Shown one piece after another: positions 31,741 through 49,802 of a stretch of 64,000 nt of DNA. Location: the NCBI RefSeq assembly GCF_009914755.1, contig NC_060927.1. One strand, 5' to 3'. Below the pieces are notes generated by a model that was given only the letters and a program-made list of their open reading frames with translations, ran no database searches and had not been told where the DNA came from. Within the stretch, counting starts at the first letter, position 1; each line of letters begins with the position of its first letter. Position numbers and translations under genes: made by a program. Source of the DNA: the human T2T-CHM13v2.0 reference genome, Homo sapiens.

Positions 31741-32043
31741 TACTGTGCCTGTGAATTTCTTTGAGGAGGGGATGGGGTGGCCCCACACCTCTTCCAGGTT
31801 GTACATACCCAAGTGCTAGGCAGTTCCTGTAGCTGGTGAGAAGCCCAGGGGCAGGAAGTGAGACATCCCCAGAGCAAGAGGCAAGGTTCAGCCCTGCTTG
31901 AAACTGGTTGCCACAGCAGTGACTTTAGTATGAAGGCCAAGAGGATTGGAAGTGACACACAGGAGGTCTCAAACACTGCTCTTATAAATGGCCTGTGTGT
32001 CCTAATGCCATCAGAAGTGATAAAGTTGGTACTAGGATGTGGG

Positions 32044-32320
32044 TAATCCCAGCACTTTGGGAGACCAAAGTGGGTGGATCCCTTGAGTCCAGGAGTTTGA
32101 GACCAGCCTAAGCAACATGGTGAAACCCTATCTCTACACAAAGTTTTTAAAAAATTAGCCAGGGCATGGTGGTGCCTATAGTGTCAGCTACTCAGGCGGC
32201 TGAGGTGGGAGAATAGCTTGAGCCCAGGAGGTGGAGGGTGCAGTGAACTGAGATCATACCACTGTGCTCCAGCCTGGGCAACAGCACAAGACTCTGTCTC
32301 AAAAAATAATAATAATAATA
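32044..32320 (+). mobile_element. Alu (AluJ-like, 5' truncated)
   Basis: taatcccagcactttggg...(aat)n tail. Confidence 0.88.
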
Positions 32321-34494
32321 ATTCACTACGATGACCCTGACAATAGTTTCTAATCTCATTTACTAGGTAAGTTACAGTTTGGTATACTTTAGATTGCATT
32401 TTTTTAAATGTTAAATATTTGGATTTATTTGGAAAAAGTAACTGATACAGAATACTGAATTCCTTATAAACATACAAATTGTCATTTTGTGGACACATGT
32501 GAAGCTTTTTTGCCATTTTCCCAGAATAGTAAAGGGCAGAAGATGGGAAAATGAGAGGAGATGAAGATACTCCAAAAGAACATGAATGAATTTGGAAACA
32601 AATGCTAGACTGGCAGCCCAGTCCATGCTATATTGTCCTTAACTCACTGAACCACCCTGGTTTTTCCAATGAAAGATAAGCTCCAAAGTTTATTTCAGCT
32701 ATAAAAGTTTCATTCTTGAAAAAATTCCACTTCAAATCCAGAAACCTAAGCCTGAGGAAACTGACTAGCTCAGTGAAGCCACAAGTAGGAGAAGCAAGAC
32801 TGAACCTTAAATCTCCTAATTCCCAGGGAGTTTTTTTCTGAATCAGCTAAATGAAGTATTAAAAGAGGCTACTTAGGGGACTGGGTGCATGAATATAGAC
32901 AACTCTCAGCAAATAAGCCCTATGGTCCACAAAGCTATACACCAGTTCTCTTACTAATTTACCTTCTATTTCCCAATAGGTAAAGGATATTCATTGAACA
33001 CAAGGACACTTAGAAGTTAATGGCCATTTCTAGACTTGTCTAGAATGAAATCTCCTTGGTATTGTCTGTATTTTAAGGCACTAAATGGATACTACCACTT
33101 GGTAGAAAGCCAAAAGGAATATGAAAACTGACTACAGATTAAGAATTAAACCAGTTTACTTAAGGCTTCAGGAGAGAAGCTAAAGTAGTGTTTATATAAC
33201 TGGATTTGGGGGCCACCTGGATCAAAATCACTTGGGCTCCATGTTAAAAATGCAGGTTTCTGGCCCCTGTTTATCAGTCTCTGGGAAAGGGCTAATCTGC
33301 ATCTTTTAGCAACCCACCAGGTGATTCTCAAAAAGTCTAAAGTTTGAGAACCACTGGTAGAGATAACTGAGAAAATGGAGAAGGCAGACAGGGAAAGAAC
33401 AAAGCCAAATAAAGAATGGAAGGGAAATAACTTCTGTTATGATAGGGTGGCTGAGGAAAAGAAGGATGCGGTACATACTAAGGTACTACTTTCTTTTTCT
33501 TTAAATCTCTATGTAACAAAAGTTAAGGGCACTAGAGAAGCTTAATAACCTAATTCTAGTAAAGTTAGAACATTGGAAAGATACCTACCTCAAACTTCAC
33601 ATCATTATTTGAAAATACTCAAGATGTACTCCCCTCAGAGCAACAGTACGAGCAACATCCCCTATCAGATGACAGCATCAACACCAAATTATAAATGTTC
33701 TAGCCTCATTCCTGGGTCTACTTTGTATCTCCTAACCTCATTTTTTCATTTTACTTTCTCATCTACCTGTTATCCTATTATATTTCATATGTAACCATAA
33801 ACCACCTTATTGCCTTTTTGTAAAAAGGTTTATTTGGAATCAATCACTGGTACCCAAATAAATAAAATTAAAACGTTTTGGAGAACTCCAAACTCACTTT
33901 AATATGAGATAAGCCAAGCAAATGAAGAGAAATAATGGTTGTAACCAGTCCCTGGTAATACAAGCAGTGGCAAACCTTGTTGATCAATTCCAACATATAA
34001 ACAAGAAAACATAAATGTCAGGAGCTACAAACTTTAGTATTCAGAGGCGGACCTATGTATAATGGAGCCAATAAGACCAAATTGACCTTTCAGGTGTTTC
34101 CTTGCTATCTCCCACCCCCGCTCCTCATTTACCTCAAGACACAATGGTTTTTGCAAACGATTATTAAATTGCCTAGTAAGTCATAAAATTATTCAGTTTT
34201 TCAGAGACTTACTAGCCTCACTCAAGGAATTACATCTGCTTCTCAAGGGTAGGCTGTGGCAGATTTTTCATATTAACACCTGACATGTAGTTGAAGCCAA
34301 AAAAGAAATACTTGTTGATGAAATGACACAATGCTACTTTAAATGTAGACTGAACTGAAATGAACTCCTGTGCAATGCTGCACTAAAGCAGCTCCTCTGT
34401 GAGTCCAGGTGGTACTTCCAGATCTTAGCAGTTCTACTTAGAACACTGAACTAGCCTTGTTAATCACTTAAAAGTCTCACATATGAACGAACAT

Positions 34495-34965
<471 letters not shown>

Positions 34966-37128
34966 TTAAAAGACAGAGAGAGGAAAAATCTGGGCTTAAG
35001 ATGAGAAAAACATTCTCAAGCACTTTTAATTTACCAACTGAAAAGAAAAATACACAACTTATCTACAAGTCCTATGCCTGTGTACAATCCCAGAACCACA
35101 TCGAAAAATTTCACCCCAAGTCTGTTTTTTGAGAGCACAAATGCCCTCTGATTGAAGTGTAGACGAATGTGTCCCCATTTTGCTTTCAAACTCTCAAAAG
35201 TACAGCCGCCTAGCAATTAGCTGAATGGCGAGATACCCTATACTTTAGTGTCAGAGCTTTTCCCTCATAACTGCTAATCTGTTCATAATGTAATGAGTGG
35301 ACATGAGGAAACATCACAAATGAAAAAATCTGCCAGTACGTATTAATCCGAATCTGGATAATCAGCTTCATGCTGTGGCAGGAAATGAACAAGGAAAAAG
35401 GAATAAAGGCTAAGAGGGGTTTATAAAACAATATGAAGACAGGGCTTCTGGCCCAGATACACAGACAGCCTTAAGCTACCCTAATTATGATTCATATGTC
35501 ATCTTCAAGTTTGGAAATTCAGAAATCAAACAGCTGATCATTTTAGGTGTTTTCCTTCCACACACGGTACACTGCCACAAGGTTCATCAGTGCCTTGCTG
35601 AATTGTTTCACTGTTTGTGATAGATTTTAAAAGACGGGCATGGATATAAAACTTTGAGGAAGCCCATTATAATAAAGTAAATCATGATCTTTGCTTCCAT
35701 ACCATTTTCTTATCTCACTATAAGCAGTGGCTTTTAAGTGGGGAGAAGGTGGGTGTACTTCAGAGTTGAAAGGAAAACAGAGGGCCTGAACTGAGTTCCA
35801 CATCTAACCCCTTGAGCAAAATCCTCCATTTACCCATCTATGAAATGGGAATAATACTGTCTACCTCACAATGTTATTATGGACATTAAATAAATTATAA
35901 AGTTTACTACAAATATATTAATGAAACAGCAAAACAGGGCAATCTATGAAGGAGCACTATATCTGGGGGAGTACTGAGTAATGGTTTAACCAATAAACAC
36001 CAGTTTGCTACCCTTCTCATTAACTTTTAGTTGTTACCTCTGCCTCATCTACCCTTGATTTTAAACCCAATTTTAAACAGAATGCTTCTCTCCATCTCAG
36101 GCTGCGTCTCCAGCCATAGGATACATCACTTTTAGATTATTACAGACCTTTAGAGGACCCATCTCAATGTAAAAACCCCTCAAGCACTTTATCCCTCAGG
36201 AATATTCAACCACTTTCCCCATAGCTTTTAATCAAAATGTGTTACAAAACCCTCACTGTATACTATTTTTTTTCTAAAACAGGAATATATTTTATGCAAA
36301 TTTTAAAAGAAAATTTAACAAATTTTCAATACGTGGTTCATCCCCAGGAATGAACTTTAAATCCCTGAATAGCTCTAAACTATGGATAAGAAATTATGGG
36401 GCATGCACAGGATATTTGTTAAAGAATACAATAAAAAACAGGTCAGAATAATTGCCTCTGTGAAGGTGGAATAGGCTCTTAATACATATTTGTGTCTGAA
36501 ATCATTACCGTTAAGCCCTGAAATGTCTAATGTCTAAATTCATGTAATACTTCATGCAATACTGGTTCACAAGCAAAGATAAGCACCCTTAAACAGTTGT
36601 GAATATAAAAATCACAGAAAAGAAATATAGATAGAGTCCAGCTGCTACAAACAGTAGCAAGTAGCAACAGTACAACACCCCAGCAGTCTTGTGTGGGCCT
36701 CATGGAAGGCAGGCACCTTCTGCTTCTGCTCTCATGCCCTTATCCCACTGCACTGCACTGAAGCTGTCTGCAGAAGGGCTGCCTTTCCCAGAAGACCCTG
36801 AGCTCCCTGAAGACCAAGTCACGTCTTTATGCAGTTGTATCCTCAGGCTCAGCACACTAGACACTCTTAATGGTTCCTGAATGAGCTGATGGAAATGATG
36901 AAGAGCATAACGGGGACTGAAGTCCAATTAACTTGTTTATCTTCTTCCTCCAATGATACAGCTTTGCTCTTACAATAAAAGCAGCAAATGCAATTGCAGT
37001 TTGAGTACATCCCAATTTAGCCCCGCTGCGGCTGCTGGACATCACATTTTAAAGAAAAGTGACCTGAATACTTTTACTCATAACAACAACAGAAAAAGTA
37101 AAGTAACATAATTTTTGCAATATACCTA

Positions 37129-37461
<333 letters not shown>

Positions 37462-39563
37462 CTAGCTCACAATCAAAATTTAAAAATTAGAATTATCAGT
37501 CCCTAAATGCTTGAAGTGATGGATACCCCATTTACCCTGTGGTTATTATGCACTATATGCTTATAACAAAATATGTACCCCATAAATATATATACCTGCT
37601 ACGTACCCACAAAACCTAAAAATTAAAAAAAAAAAATCAGTCTGTAAGGAAATTTTTTTGCTCACTAAGCTTTCCTTATGTCTTTAAAAACTGAATTTTT
37701 CTCCACTGCTCCAAATACAAGTTGTTTTGTTCCCCCTCTGTACCAGGACAGGTCCCATCTGCAGCTGAATTAGATTGACATAGGAAAGTTAACATAAATA
37801 TCCTAACACACATATCTCACATACACAATAAAAAAACCCCACATGATTAAATACTGGTCAAAGCCTAATTGCAGAGGGTTGGGGGATCACTGAAAGGCCC
37901 CTCTTCGCTACACCACCAGATTATCACGACTTGTTTTTCACTTATTTCCGTATCCTGGGCAAACCTCCTCAATTTAGAAATGTTTCTGAAAACAGGGAAG
38001 ATATGGGGCCCTGCAGAGTGCCCAGCAGAATAAGCCCATTAATCAGTTAATGCCTGCTGAATATCTATTAAAAATGCTCAATTGAGCAACACTTCCAATT
38101 CTACTTCAACCATCTTCTGACAAGGCACCTTTACTTCTTCAACCCCTTCTTTCTATATCAAGTCACATTTGGATTTTACTAACGTTTACTATTTCTTTAT
38201 GAAAATATGCTGCCTACGAGATGATCTGCTCTTTCATTCAAAGCTTACCTTCTTCCAAATTTCTTACACTCAAAAGGAACTTTAAAAAAAAGTAGAAAAT
38301 ATAAAAGTAATGACCCAGGTCAATAGTTTATGTTTGGTGATCAATAGAAGTAGTTTGCTTTAAAGCTAAGCAAGTTAGTGCTATTTGCTAAAAATATAGT
38401 AGCAGTTAGTTTTGAGTAAGAGGGATGCTGACCCACCAACTTCAAAGCCAGCTCACCTACAAACAGGTGCACAGGCTGCAGAAGTTTCAAGGTTCACAAA
38501 GCACCATAGTTCTTGAGATACAGTTGAAAAACTGTTCTGGGGACTGGTGAATAGTAAAGAAGAAAGACTATGAAACCATACTGCCTGCATTCAAATCGCA
38601 GCTCTACCATTTATTCACTATGTGGCCTGGCAGTTTCTTGGCCTTTCTATGCCTCAGTTTCCTCATCTGAAATATGAAAACAGTAATAAGCATGCCCACC
38701 TCACAGAGCTTTTGTGATATAATTACATGACTTCATGCATATAAAAGCACTTAGAACAATGCCTGGCACAGAAAGTATTACTCCTCACTCTGAATTCATA
38801 AATTGGACAGAACATCAATGGAAGCTGGAGTCCTTAAGTTCAAGAAAATATGTTTAAGAATTCTTAAATAAAAGAAGTAAACTAACCCATGAAAAATACC
38901 AGAAGTAGACATTTTGCAAAGACAGGGTTAAAAAAAAAAAAAAAGTCAAGTTACTGAGTAAAACAGTAATGCCGATGTACTTATATGCTGTTAGGTCCAG
39001 AACAAACAGAATTTACAGACATTAATCAATCATGTTAAAACTTGAACCTCAACAGGAGTAAAGGAATAGCTTCATGACAAAATGATGAGGATGATGACCA
39101 AAATGACCGTAGCTAATAACATCTAACTCCAATTAAATGCTTACCATACTCCAGACTACCGAACGCTTTACATGCATTAAAACTAGCACAACCCTATGAG
39201 GCACATATTACTATTACAAAATAGAGGTACGGAGAGATCAGGAAACTCACAGAAGGTCACACAGCTAGTACCAAAGCCAGGATTCAAACCAACTGTCTGA
39301 CTGCAAAGCCTATACTCTTAAGCTGCAGTACAATCCATACTTAACAACAGATCTTACGGTTACTTTAAAATTCTAGAGAAACTCCTACTAAAATATTTCT
39401 GAAGGTACTCTATTAACTGAATTAACTAGATGTATTAAAAATCCCTTGCCTCTATTCATTCAGAAGCACACACTGACAACTAAGAAGGCACTAAGCTTAG
39501 AGCTGGGGATAAAATGAAAAGATTCAATCTCTGCCCTTGGTAAGAAGCATCCTCTACAAATTA

Positions 39564-39731
<168 letters not shown>

Positions 39732-39993
39732 TTAAGTGCATGACATTTCTTGCCAAATTACCACAAAATAAAGGAATAAAGCAAGCAAATAACTAGGAAG
39801 CAACTACAGAAACAAATAAACAACTTAAAGTACTCAAGCTTAGAAAGCACAGGTATTACCATACCTCTCTAATCAATATGTGTCAAAATTAAGATGTGAG
39901 ATGTTGAATTTCTTTCTATGCAATGCATGACTATTACTTTCAAAAGGTTTCTTTTTATTTGTTTTTTGTTTTACTAGAGTATGTGCTGTATCA

Positions 39994-40386
<393 letters not shown>

Positions 40387-41385
40387 TCATTAATTAGCCA
40401 GTAATTACAATTTGCAGATTACATAATAAACTGCAAGATTGAAAGCTGAAAATAAATGGCTATCAAGGTCCTCCAGTACAGATAAAAAACACTATAGTGC
40501 ACACTTGCGAACAGCCAGATTAGTCCAACCCAACAGAAAAATCCAAGTATAAAATGTTACTCAAAAAACTGTAAGACAGTCTACCAGGAAAGATATATAT
40601 ATATTCAAAAAGTACTACATGGAGAAATGTACAAAAGGATGCATATCAAAGTTTTAAGTGTGGTAGATGGTGAGATTTTAGGCAAATTTCAGGTTCTTCA
40701 CATTTCTCTTTTTAAATTTCTTAAAACAGGCATGTATTATAATCAGCAAAAATTAAAGCTATTTTCATTACAGAAGAGAGTATCAAAGGTTTAGCATTTT
40801 AAAATAATATGATTAGTAATCAAACATTGTTACCTCTGATTAAGAATAAGTAGAATAAAAAATAAAACAATAGGAAATACTATTTGAGATATCCAGGTTA
40901 AGATATCAAAGCAAGGTTTTCAATCTCTAAACACAGAAACTTTTTTTCTTTTCTCCATCCAATGTTTTCTTACATTCATATTAGAACTAATAATCTTAAT
41001 TGTTTGAAATGGCCCAAAACAGGCCTTCTTACAGATACGGGCAAATTCTAATTATCCATCAGATCAGTTTCACAATATGTACTGAGAGACATGAAAGAGA
41101 TGTCTCTTTAGTTTCCAAGTATTACCAGCATACATCAACTAAATATGCTCAAAAAAGCAGTGGTGTTTGAGATGGAAGAAAATAGTCTAGCACATAAGAA
41201 GGTCAAAAATTGCATTTATCATTGCCATTAAAAATTAGAAACCGAGTGACAGAAAGAATCAAGTGATACAGCCAGCCCAGGATTAGCATCATTTTAAACG
41301 GCCTGTTGCAATATGACTACTACCAACAATTTTTTATTACTGCAATTCCCAGTCACAGGCATTAATTTTTTTAATGTTCAGTAAA

Positions 41386-41449
41386 AGCCCACTGATGTTT
41401 CACTACAACCTACCATGACCCAGATTTCAGTGTGACACCAGTCACTCCC
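41386..41449. repeat. 64-bp direct repeat, copy 1
   Basis: 58/64 identical to 42670-42733 by manual ungapped alignment. Confidence 0.9.
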
Positions 41450-41693
41450 GATTTTTTTAGTTGTTCAGTGATTGGGCTGATCTTGTGGATTGAGATACAA
41501 AGCCTACTCCTTTGATACAGCCATCAGCACTCGGCTTCCCAATCTACCCTCAAAAAACTCTGATCAAACCAAGAAAGAGAATACCTGCACCTTCCATAAC
41601 CCCATAAGAAAATAAGTTTGAAAACTACTAATAAGAAACCTAGGCTGAAAGGAGATGAGAAAGAAATGAAGGATGTCAGAGGTATGTACATAC

Positions 41694-41771
41694 CATAACC
41701 TGCTCACCAGCCCAACCATCACAAGGTTTAAAATAATGAACTCTTGCAAACCTAGATGTTTCACAGTCAAA
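41694..41771 (-). CDS. NEPRO: NEPRO exon 5
   Basis: cag|(L)[27 protein letters not shown]|gtatgt. Confidence 0.93.
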
Positions 41772-42434
<663 letters not shown>

Positions 42435-42669
42435 TTACATTTACCAGTTTATTATAAAGGATATGACAAAGGATTGAAACAAAGAGATGCATAGGGCAAG
42501 GTATGGCAGAAGAAGCACAGAGCTTCCATGTCCTCCCTGGGCGACCCTTCACATTTTCAGCTATGTGCAAGCTCCCATTACTTTCATTTTTAAATATAAA
42601 GCATTTCTATAGCAGTTTTCAAGTGAAGACTTGCTTTAAGCTCAACTTGAGGTAGTTAAGCACAATAAC

Positions 42670-42733
42670 AGCCCACTGATGTTTTAATATAATCTACCAT
42701 GACCCAGATTTCAATGTCACACCAGTCACTCCC
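42670..42733. repeat. 64-bp direct repeat, copy 2
   Basis: See copy 1. Confidence 0.9.
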
Positions 42734-42911
42734 ATAGATCAATGTCAGAAGATTACCACAAACACCAGGTACCCCACATTAAAACAAAATTTATACAGCT
42801 GAGGTATAATTGGTTATATTCCAACAGCAAGCATAGAGAAATCCAAAGGGAGATCACAAGACATTGAGTTCCCAGCCCACCACATCACAAAGCAACTGGA
42901 CCACTTACTTA

Positions 42912-43049
<138 letters not shown>

Positions 43050-43282
43050 TTATGACCAGGAAAGCAAAGACTTCTAGATTTTCAAAGTATGGAAATATGC
43101 TAAATATCACAGAATACCTTATTTTTTTTCAGGGTAGAGAAATCCAAAGCGCAAGCAATTGCTTCTAGTTACAAATTTGGAATTTATCCAGCCAAACACA
43201 TTTTTAAAATCAGGTGACTCCTAAGAAATTAGTATATGCCACAATGAGCTTGATGTCATAAAAGGGACCAAAACGAGTATAG

Positions 43283-43625
<343 letters not shown>

Positions 43626-46385
43626 TTAATAGTGAAACTATTAAAACAAGATAGAAAATTATTAACTACTAAATTTCAACAGTCTATAAAGTACCACAGA
43701 GATGAGGAAAACGATTGGCTTTAATCACTGAACAAATATATTCTTTGATTAGATGAAGCTTGTTCTTATGTTCCTCTGCATCTTCTCTCTTTCTCCCTTC
43801 TCTCTCTTGGGTTTTTTTTCTCTTTTGAACCGCAGTTCACTTACTATGTTTTCCAAGTGCTTTACCATCTGGGTTTGTCAATACCTCCCTCAAAGGATGG
43901 TGTCCAGACTTGAAAACTGAAAAAGATAGGAGCTGACCCTAAAGAATTTAAGGATTGTTCCCTCCATTATTCTTGAAAACCGCTGTTAAAACAGAATCCA
44001 TAACCTTGGTTCAATTTCTAGAAGTATATTTGCAGCTCTGGCAAGATACTCTTGTTGCCAGTATCAATGCCCATCCAAATTTTTGTATCTGTCTAGATGC
44101 AGTCCCATGCTGCCCTTTGTGTGTTATTCCTGAGGACTACAGAATTCCTACAGCATTTTGTACCATGCATGGCTCTTACTTTTTTTAAAAAAAATTAAAA
44201 ATCCTATTGAGTGCTTACTGAACACTGTTCTAAGAACTGGATTATGGTGGTAAACAAAAGGGACAAAATACATTGCCCTTGTGGAGCTTACATTATAGCT
44301 GGGAGAGAAAGGCAGTCAATCAATGGCAGGTGGTGTTAAGTGCTATGAAGACAAATAAGGCAGAGAGGGAGTGCTGAGAAGATTGCAATTTTAAATAGGG
44401 TCTGTTTTTATTTTAGCATTTAATTAAATATTTTACATGTCTTCCTATTTTTACTACTAGATTTTTAGCAACTAGAGATAGGGAAGTTTCTAATACCACT
44501 TTATCTGCCAGCATGCCCTACATGTACTCCACAGAACAGGAATCAAAACTACTTTCTGTGTTCCATTTAGGGGAATGTTTAGAGACAGGCCAATTCTAGT
44601 ACTTACATGAAAGTTCTCTGAAAACTGTGAAATATTAAGCAGTTGTAAGGCAGTAGTAGAAGTGGTAATAGCAGCTGCAGCAGTAACATAAGCATAAAAC
44701 ATGTTTCCTACTTCAGGGATCACATGGAATATAAAATATATACACAAATAACTTTACCATGACACAGACTATATTAAATGCTATAAGTACAAAGAGGAGG
44801 CCCAAATAGCCAAGAATTTAAAAAAAAAAAAAAAAAAGCAACTTCAGTAATAATCAGAAAAATACAACTTAAAATGAGATTACTATAACACAGATTATCA
44901 CTGCCAGAAAGGCTTAAAATGGGACTTAGAGGATAGGAAGGCCTTTAACAGGCAGACATGGTGAGGCTGGGCATTCTAAACATACAGGACCAGGTAAGCA
45001 GACTCAGAAGCAGGAACAAACATAGTGAGCATGCAGGTGTGTTGAGTCCAGGTTGGCTGGAATATAATCTATCTGAACGCAAGAGAGAAGCCCGAACTAA
45101 GAAGACTGAAGAGGCCAGATCACAGATCTCGTAAGCCAAACTAAGAAGTTTGGTCTTTACTCAGGACACAATGGAGAACGACTAAAAATCAAAGTTGTGT
45201 TTTCAGATGATTAACCTGGTTTTAATATTTAGAATATGCCAGAACTTAGGAAAAGCTGAAGGAGGAAACATCAGTTATGATAGTAAGACAACTAAAAGTT
45301 GACAAGGTCTAAGAAAGGAAAATGGCAGCCAGAACTGAAGAGGGGACCAGATGCAGAGGAAGTTTTGTCTTATGGACTGCCTGGATGGGAGAGCTACGTG
45401 AGAGAGACTAGAGAATGCCAAATTTTGATGACGGGGTGATTATTCACAACCCAGAAGCTAGAAGGAGAAATATATTCACTTTGAGGGTTAGCAAGCTTGC
45501 TTTTGGATCAAAAAGACTCCGAAAAAGATAAAAGCCACCCTAGAATGGAAAATTTAGGGAAAGACCATGGTCCCAGATCTTTCTTTGATGAAATCTTCAC
45601 CCTGTTTGCTTTAAGTACTAGGGGTAGAAAACTAACCAGAAAGCATGCATCTATAAGGTTAGAGACTGTGTCTACCTTTTTCACTCCTCTATACACAGCA
45701 CTAAGCAGAATGCCTGGCACACAGAAAGTTCAAAAACACTTGCAAGGTAGCCCTGTCACACAATGGATAGCCTTCTGAACTTCCAGAAAATACTTGCAGA
45801 ATTAAGTGAATGAATGAATGAGCATATCAGGAAGCCAGCTTAAGAGAGGCTCTACTCTATGGTATAGCCCCTGAGCTGGAGGGCCCAATTTTGTCTTAAG
45901 CTCCAAACATTACATGAAACCAGTTTACACCACAACTTGCTATGTACCCATTTACTCTAACATACCACCAATTAGATTATGTACCCCATAATAAGTAGAC
46001 AAGTTTTTTTAAAAATAATTTTAGCATTCTGATTATGCCCAGGGAACTGTTTCTTAATGTCCAACATTTTGTCTTGCTCAAATCACTTTATCTTTGAGCT
46101 GGGCAAAGGCACTGTTGTTATAGATTGTATATAATGAAGAAAATGTTTACTTGCCTATTAGAAACAAGACTGGGAAAGAATCTAAACATACTTCTTTTCT
46201 AACAAAAATTACTTTTTGAAATGCTGAAATGCTTTTAGGAAAAAAAAAGAAAGTGCACATGTAACTGTGGGCTATAGGCCTATAAAACACAAGTAATTTA
46301 CTGAGATTTCCACGAGATTTCCATAAATAGCAATATAGTAAGTGGCAGTGTGATCTACATTTTCAAGTGAACAGGTTGGGTCTCA

Positions 46386-46583
<198 letters not shown>

Positions 46584-47371
46584 TTAGTATGTATTTCTAC
46601 AGTAAGTATATTATATTAAAAACACACTAAAAAAAGCATCTTTCCTTATTTGTTTTAAAGGAATCAAAAACTAATGTAATCAGTCTCAACTGTAAGAACG
46701 TAAGGATTCTAAGTATAAGAGAAGTTGGAAAATGGTAACAGATGATATAAAGTCCAGGAAATCATTAAGAGAACATCTGTAAAACAAGAAGCTGTATCTT
46801 TGCATTGCATTTTATCATGGTTTAATAATCTTTCATATGAATACTTTGCTGTCAGTCATTTGGTGTACACTTACGCCTCATGTGTACACTTAACCCCCAC
46901 CTTGAAGGTAGGGCACATGTCACAACATGTGTAATAACTCTCTAACTCCCCATGTCGCTATGCCCGAAAGCAAGACAGAATGAATAAATTCACAGTCTTC
47001 AAAATCAAGGCTTCTGTGTTTGGATATCACTTTATGAGAGACACAAACATATTCAGAAAAGAAAAACCACCACAGTAACTGGAAATCGTATTATTTGATG
47101 AACACCGGGTGCTCATCAGCAGATGCTTCCTAGTCTGAAAATCTGTAGAAGTCCCTAAGATGTAGTTCATGTGTTATTTATGGCTCTAAAGGCAGCACTA
47201 GCATTCTAAATGGAAGTAAAGGCTGGTTGCTACCTAACAAGAATTTTCTTACTGTCCCAACAACTACCTGAAGACAGAATGGGCTGCCTCGGGGATGGGT
47301 AGTGAGTTGGTGAATTTCCCAGGCCTAATAGGAGTTGTTAAAGAATTTTTGAATAGAGAAAGAGGGAAGAT

Positions 47372-47439
47372 TAATCTGTAAAGTGTGTAGGAAGGATAGA
47401 TGGGATAATCTGTAAAGTGTGTAGGATGGATATATGGGA
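47372..47439. repeat. 34-bp tandem duplication
   Basis: taatctgtaaagtgtgtagga(a/t)ggata(g/t)atggga x2. Confidence 0.85.
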
Positions 47440-47999
47440 AAGGGGATGTGATGATCTAAGTCAAGCTTGTCCAACCCGCCTTATTTTGTTGTTCTGTTCT
47501 GTTTTGTTTTAGGCTTTTTGCAGCTTAAAGCCATGGTTTTTAGTTTGTCTCTAGTGAAAAGAGGGATGAGGAAAGGGCTTTACCAGCCCAACCGGAAACA
47601 AAGAACCCATGACTGTATTCTCTCCCTTGGGCCCCGGAGCTACGTATTTAATATTCATAACAGCTTCCATTTGAGTGTTCATTTACCATGCCAGGCAGTG
47701 TTCCAAATGCTTTCTCTACATTATCAACTCTTTCATCCCCCCAAACAGCCCTATGAGGAAGGTGCTTTTATCTCCATTTGAAAGTGAGATCAGTGAGGCA
47801 CAGAAAGGTTCAATGACTCCTTCAAGCTCCAGCAAAGGGTAGAGCTAGTATTCAAACCCAAACAACCTGGCTCCTGCGCCAGGCTCCTACCTACTGTATG
47901 CCCTTCACCCTAACAAATACCACCCATTTAGGTGGCAAAACACCGTCGTTTACAGCGCACTGTCTCCTAAATTACATCATTAGATATTCCCAACGCCCC

Positions 48000-48830
<831 letters not shown>

Positions 48831-49802
48831 AAAAAAGGCCCCATCCCAATACTAACCAACAGAATCTCTGAGAATGCGATGAGGAATCTGCGTTTTGTTT
48901 AAACTTAGCGCAGGGGATTCGGAAGCACAACCAAGTTTGGAACTGTTAAATACTTCTAGGCATTTTACAAATATGGAAAATGAGGCCCAGAATTGAGTTG
49001 GTGCTTTTACCCCCAACTCTGCCTCAGACATTAGGGGAAAAAGGAAGAAATGAAATGAAGAGGTTTGTGCAAGGTGTGGAATTTGTAGCGAAGAAGCAGT
49101 GATTTGCTTTGAGTGGTAAAGGAAGGCTCCTTTATGTCTTGAACCACAGCAAAACCGAGATCACATCAAAGAAACTTGGAAGACACCTGTCAGTCATTCC
49201 CACTTTTGTCAGTCTCCAAGACAAGATCATATTCCAAGCTCTAGTGATCCTTACCTCATTAATATCTTTCTAATAATTCACTTATCCTCAGCCATGCTAA
49301 TGCCCCCTTAAGTTCTTAACACTCCCACAGTAACGTATTAGAAAAACAGTGAGTTTTGGAAACAGACTGCCAAGGTTCTAGTTCTAGCTTTGCTGTTTAC
49401 TAGCTCGGTGATCTCAGGAAATTTACTTACCTCCTCCTCCAGACCTTAGTATCCCTGTGGGTAAAATGAAGATGATAATAATAGTATCAATCTCACAGAC
49501 TTGTAAAATGCCAAGGCACTCCTGGCATACAAACAATGAACATTTACCATAGTTAATATTGTTGATGTTATTACTACTATTTCATGCAAGCAGTCTTACT
49601 TTATTGAAACACTTTCCATGCTCTTTCTGTGCGCCTTTACACATCTACCTACTCTACCTGGGTCATCCTCGGAAACACAATCTCCTTTCCTCAGCTCTGG
49701 GGTCGTCACTTGGGGTAATTCTTCCTAAACACCCCGTCCTCACTCCATAACTTGATACAGAGGCCCCTTTAATGTGTTACCACAGTGCCCTATGTTGGCC
49801 TA

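Noticed and set aside
36689-37045. GC-elevated ORF-bearing patch in NEPRO intron 8
   Set aside because: Not needed for the 567-aa splice path and no recognisable protein; an alternative last exon cannot be supported from sequence alone
41386-41449. Possible intronic snoRNA pair in a nucleolar gene
   Set aside because: No convincing box C/D or H/ACA arrangement on the sense (minus) strand; kept only as a repeat
47461-47635. Short element resembling a hAT-type MITE (MER107-like)
   Set aside because: Family recall too uncertain to list as a feature
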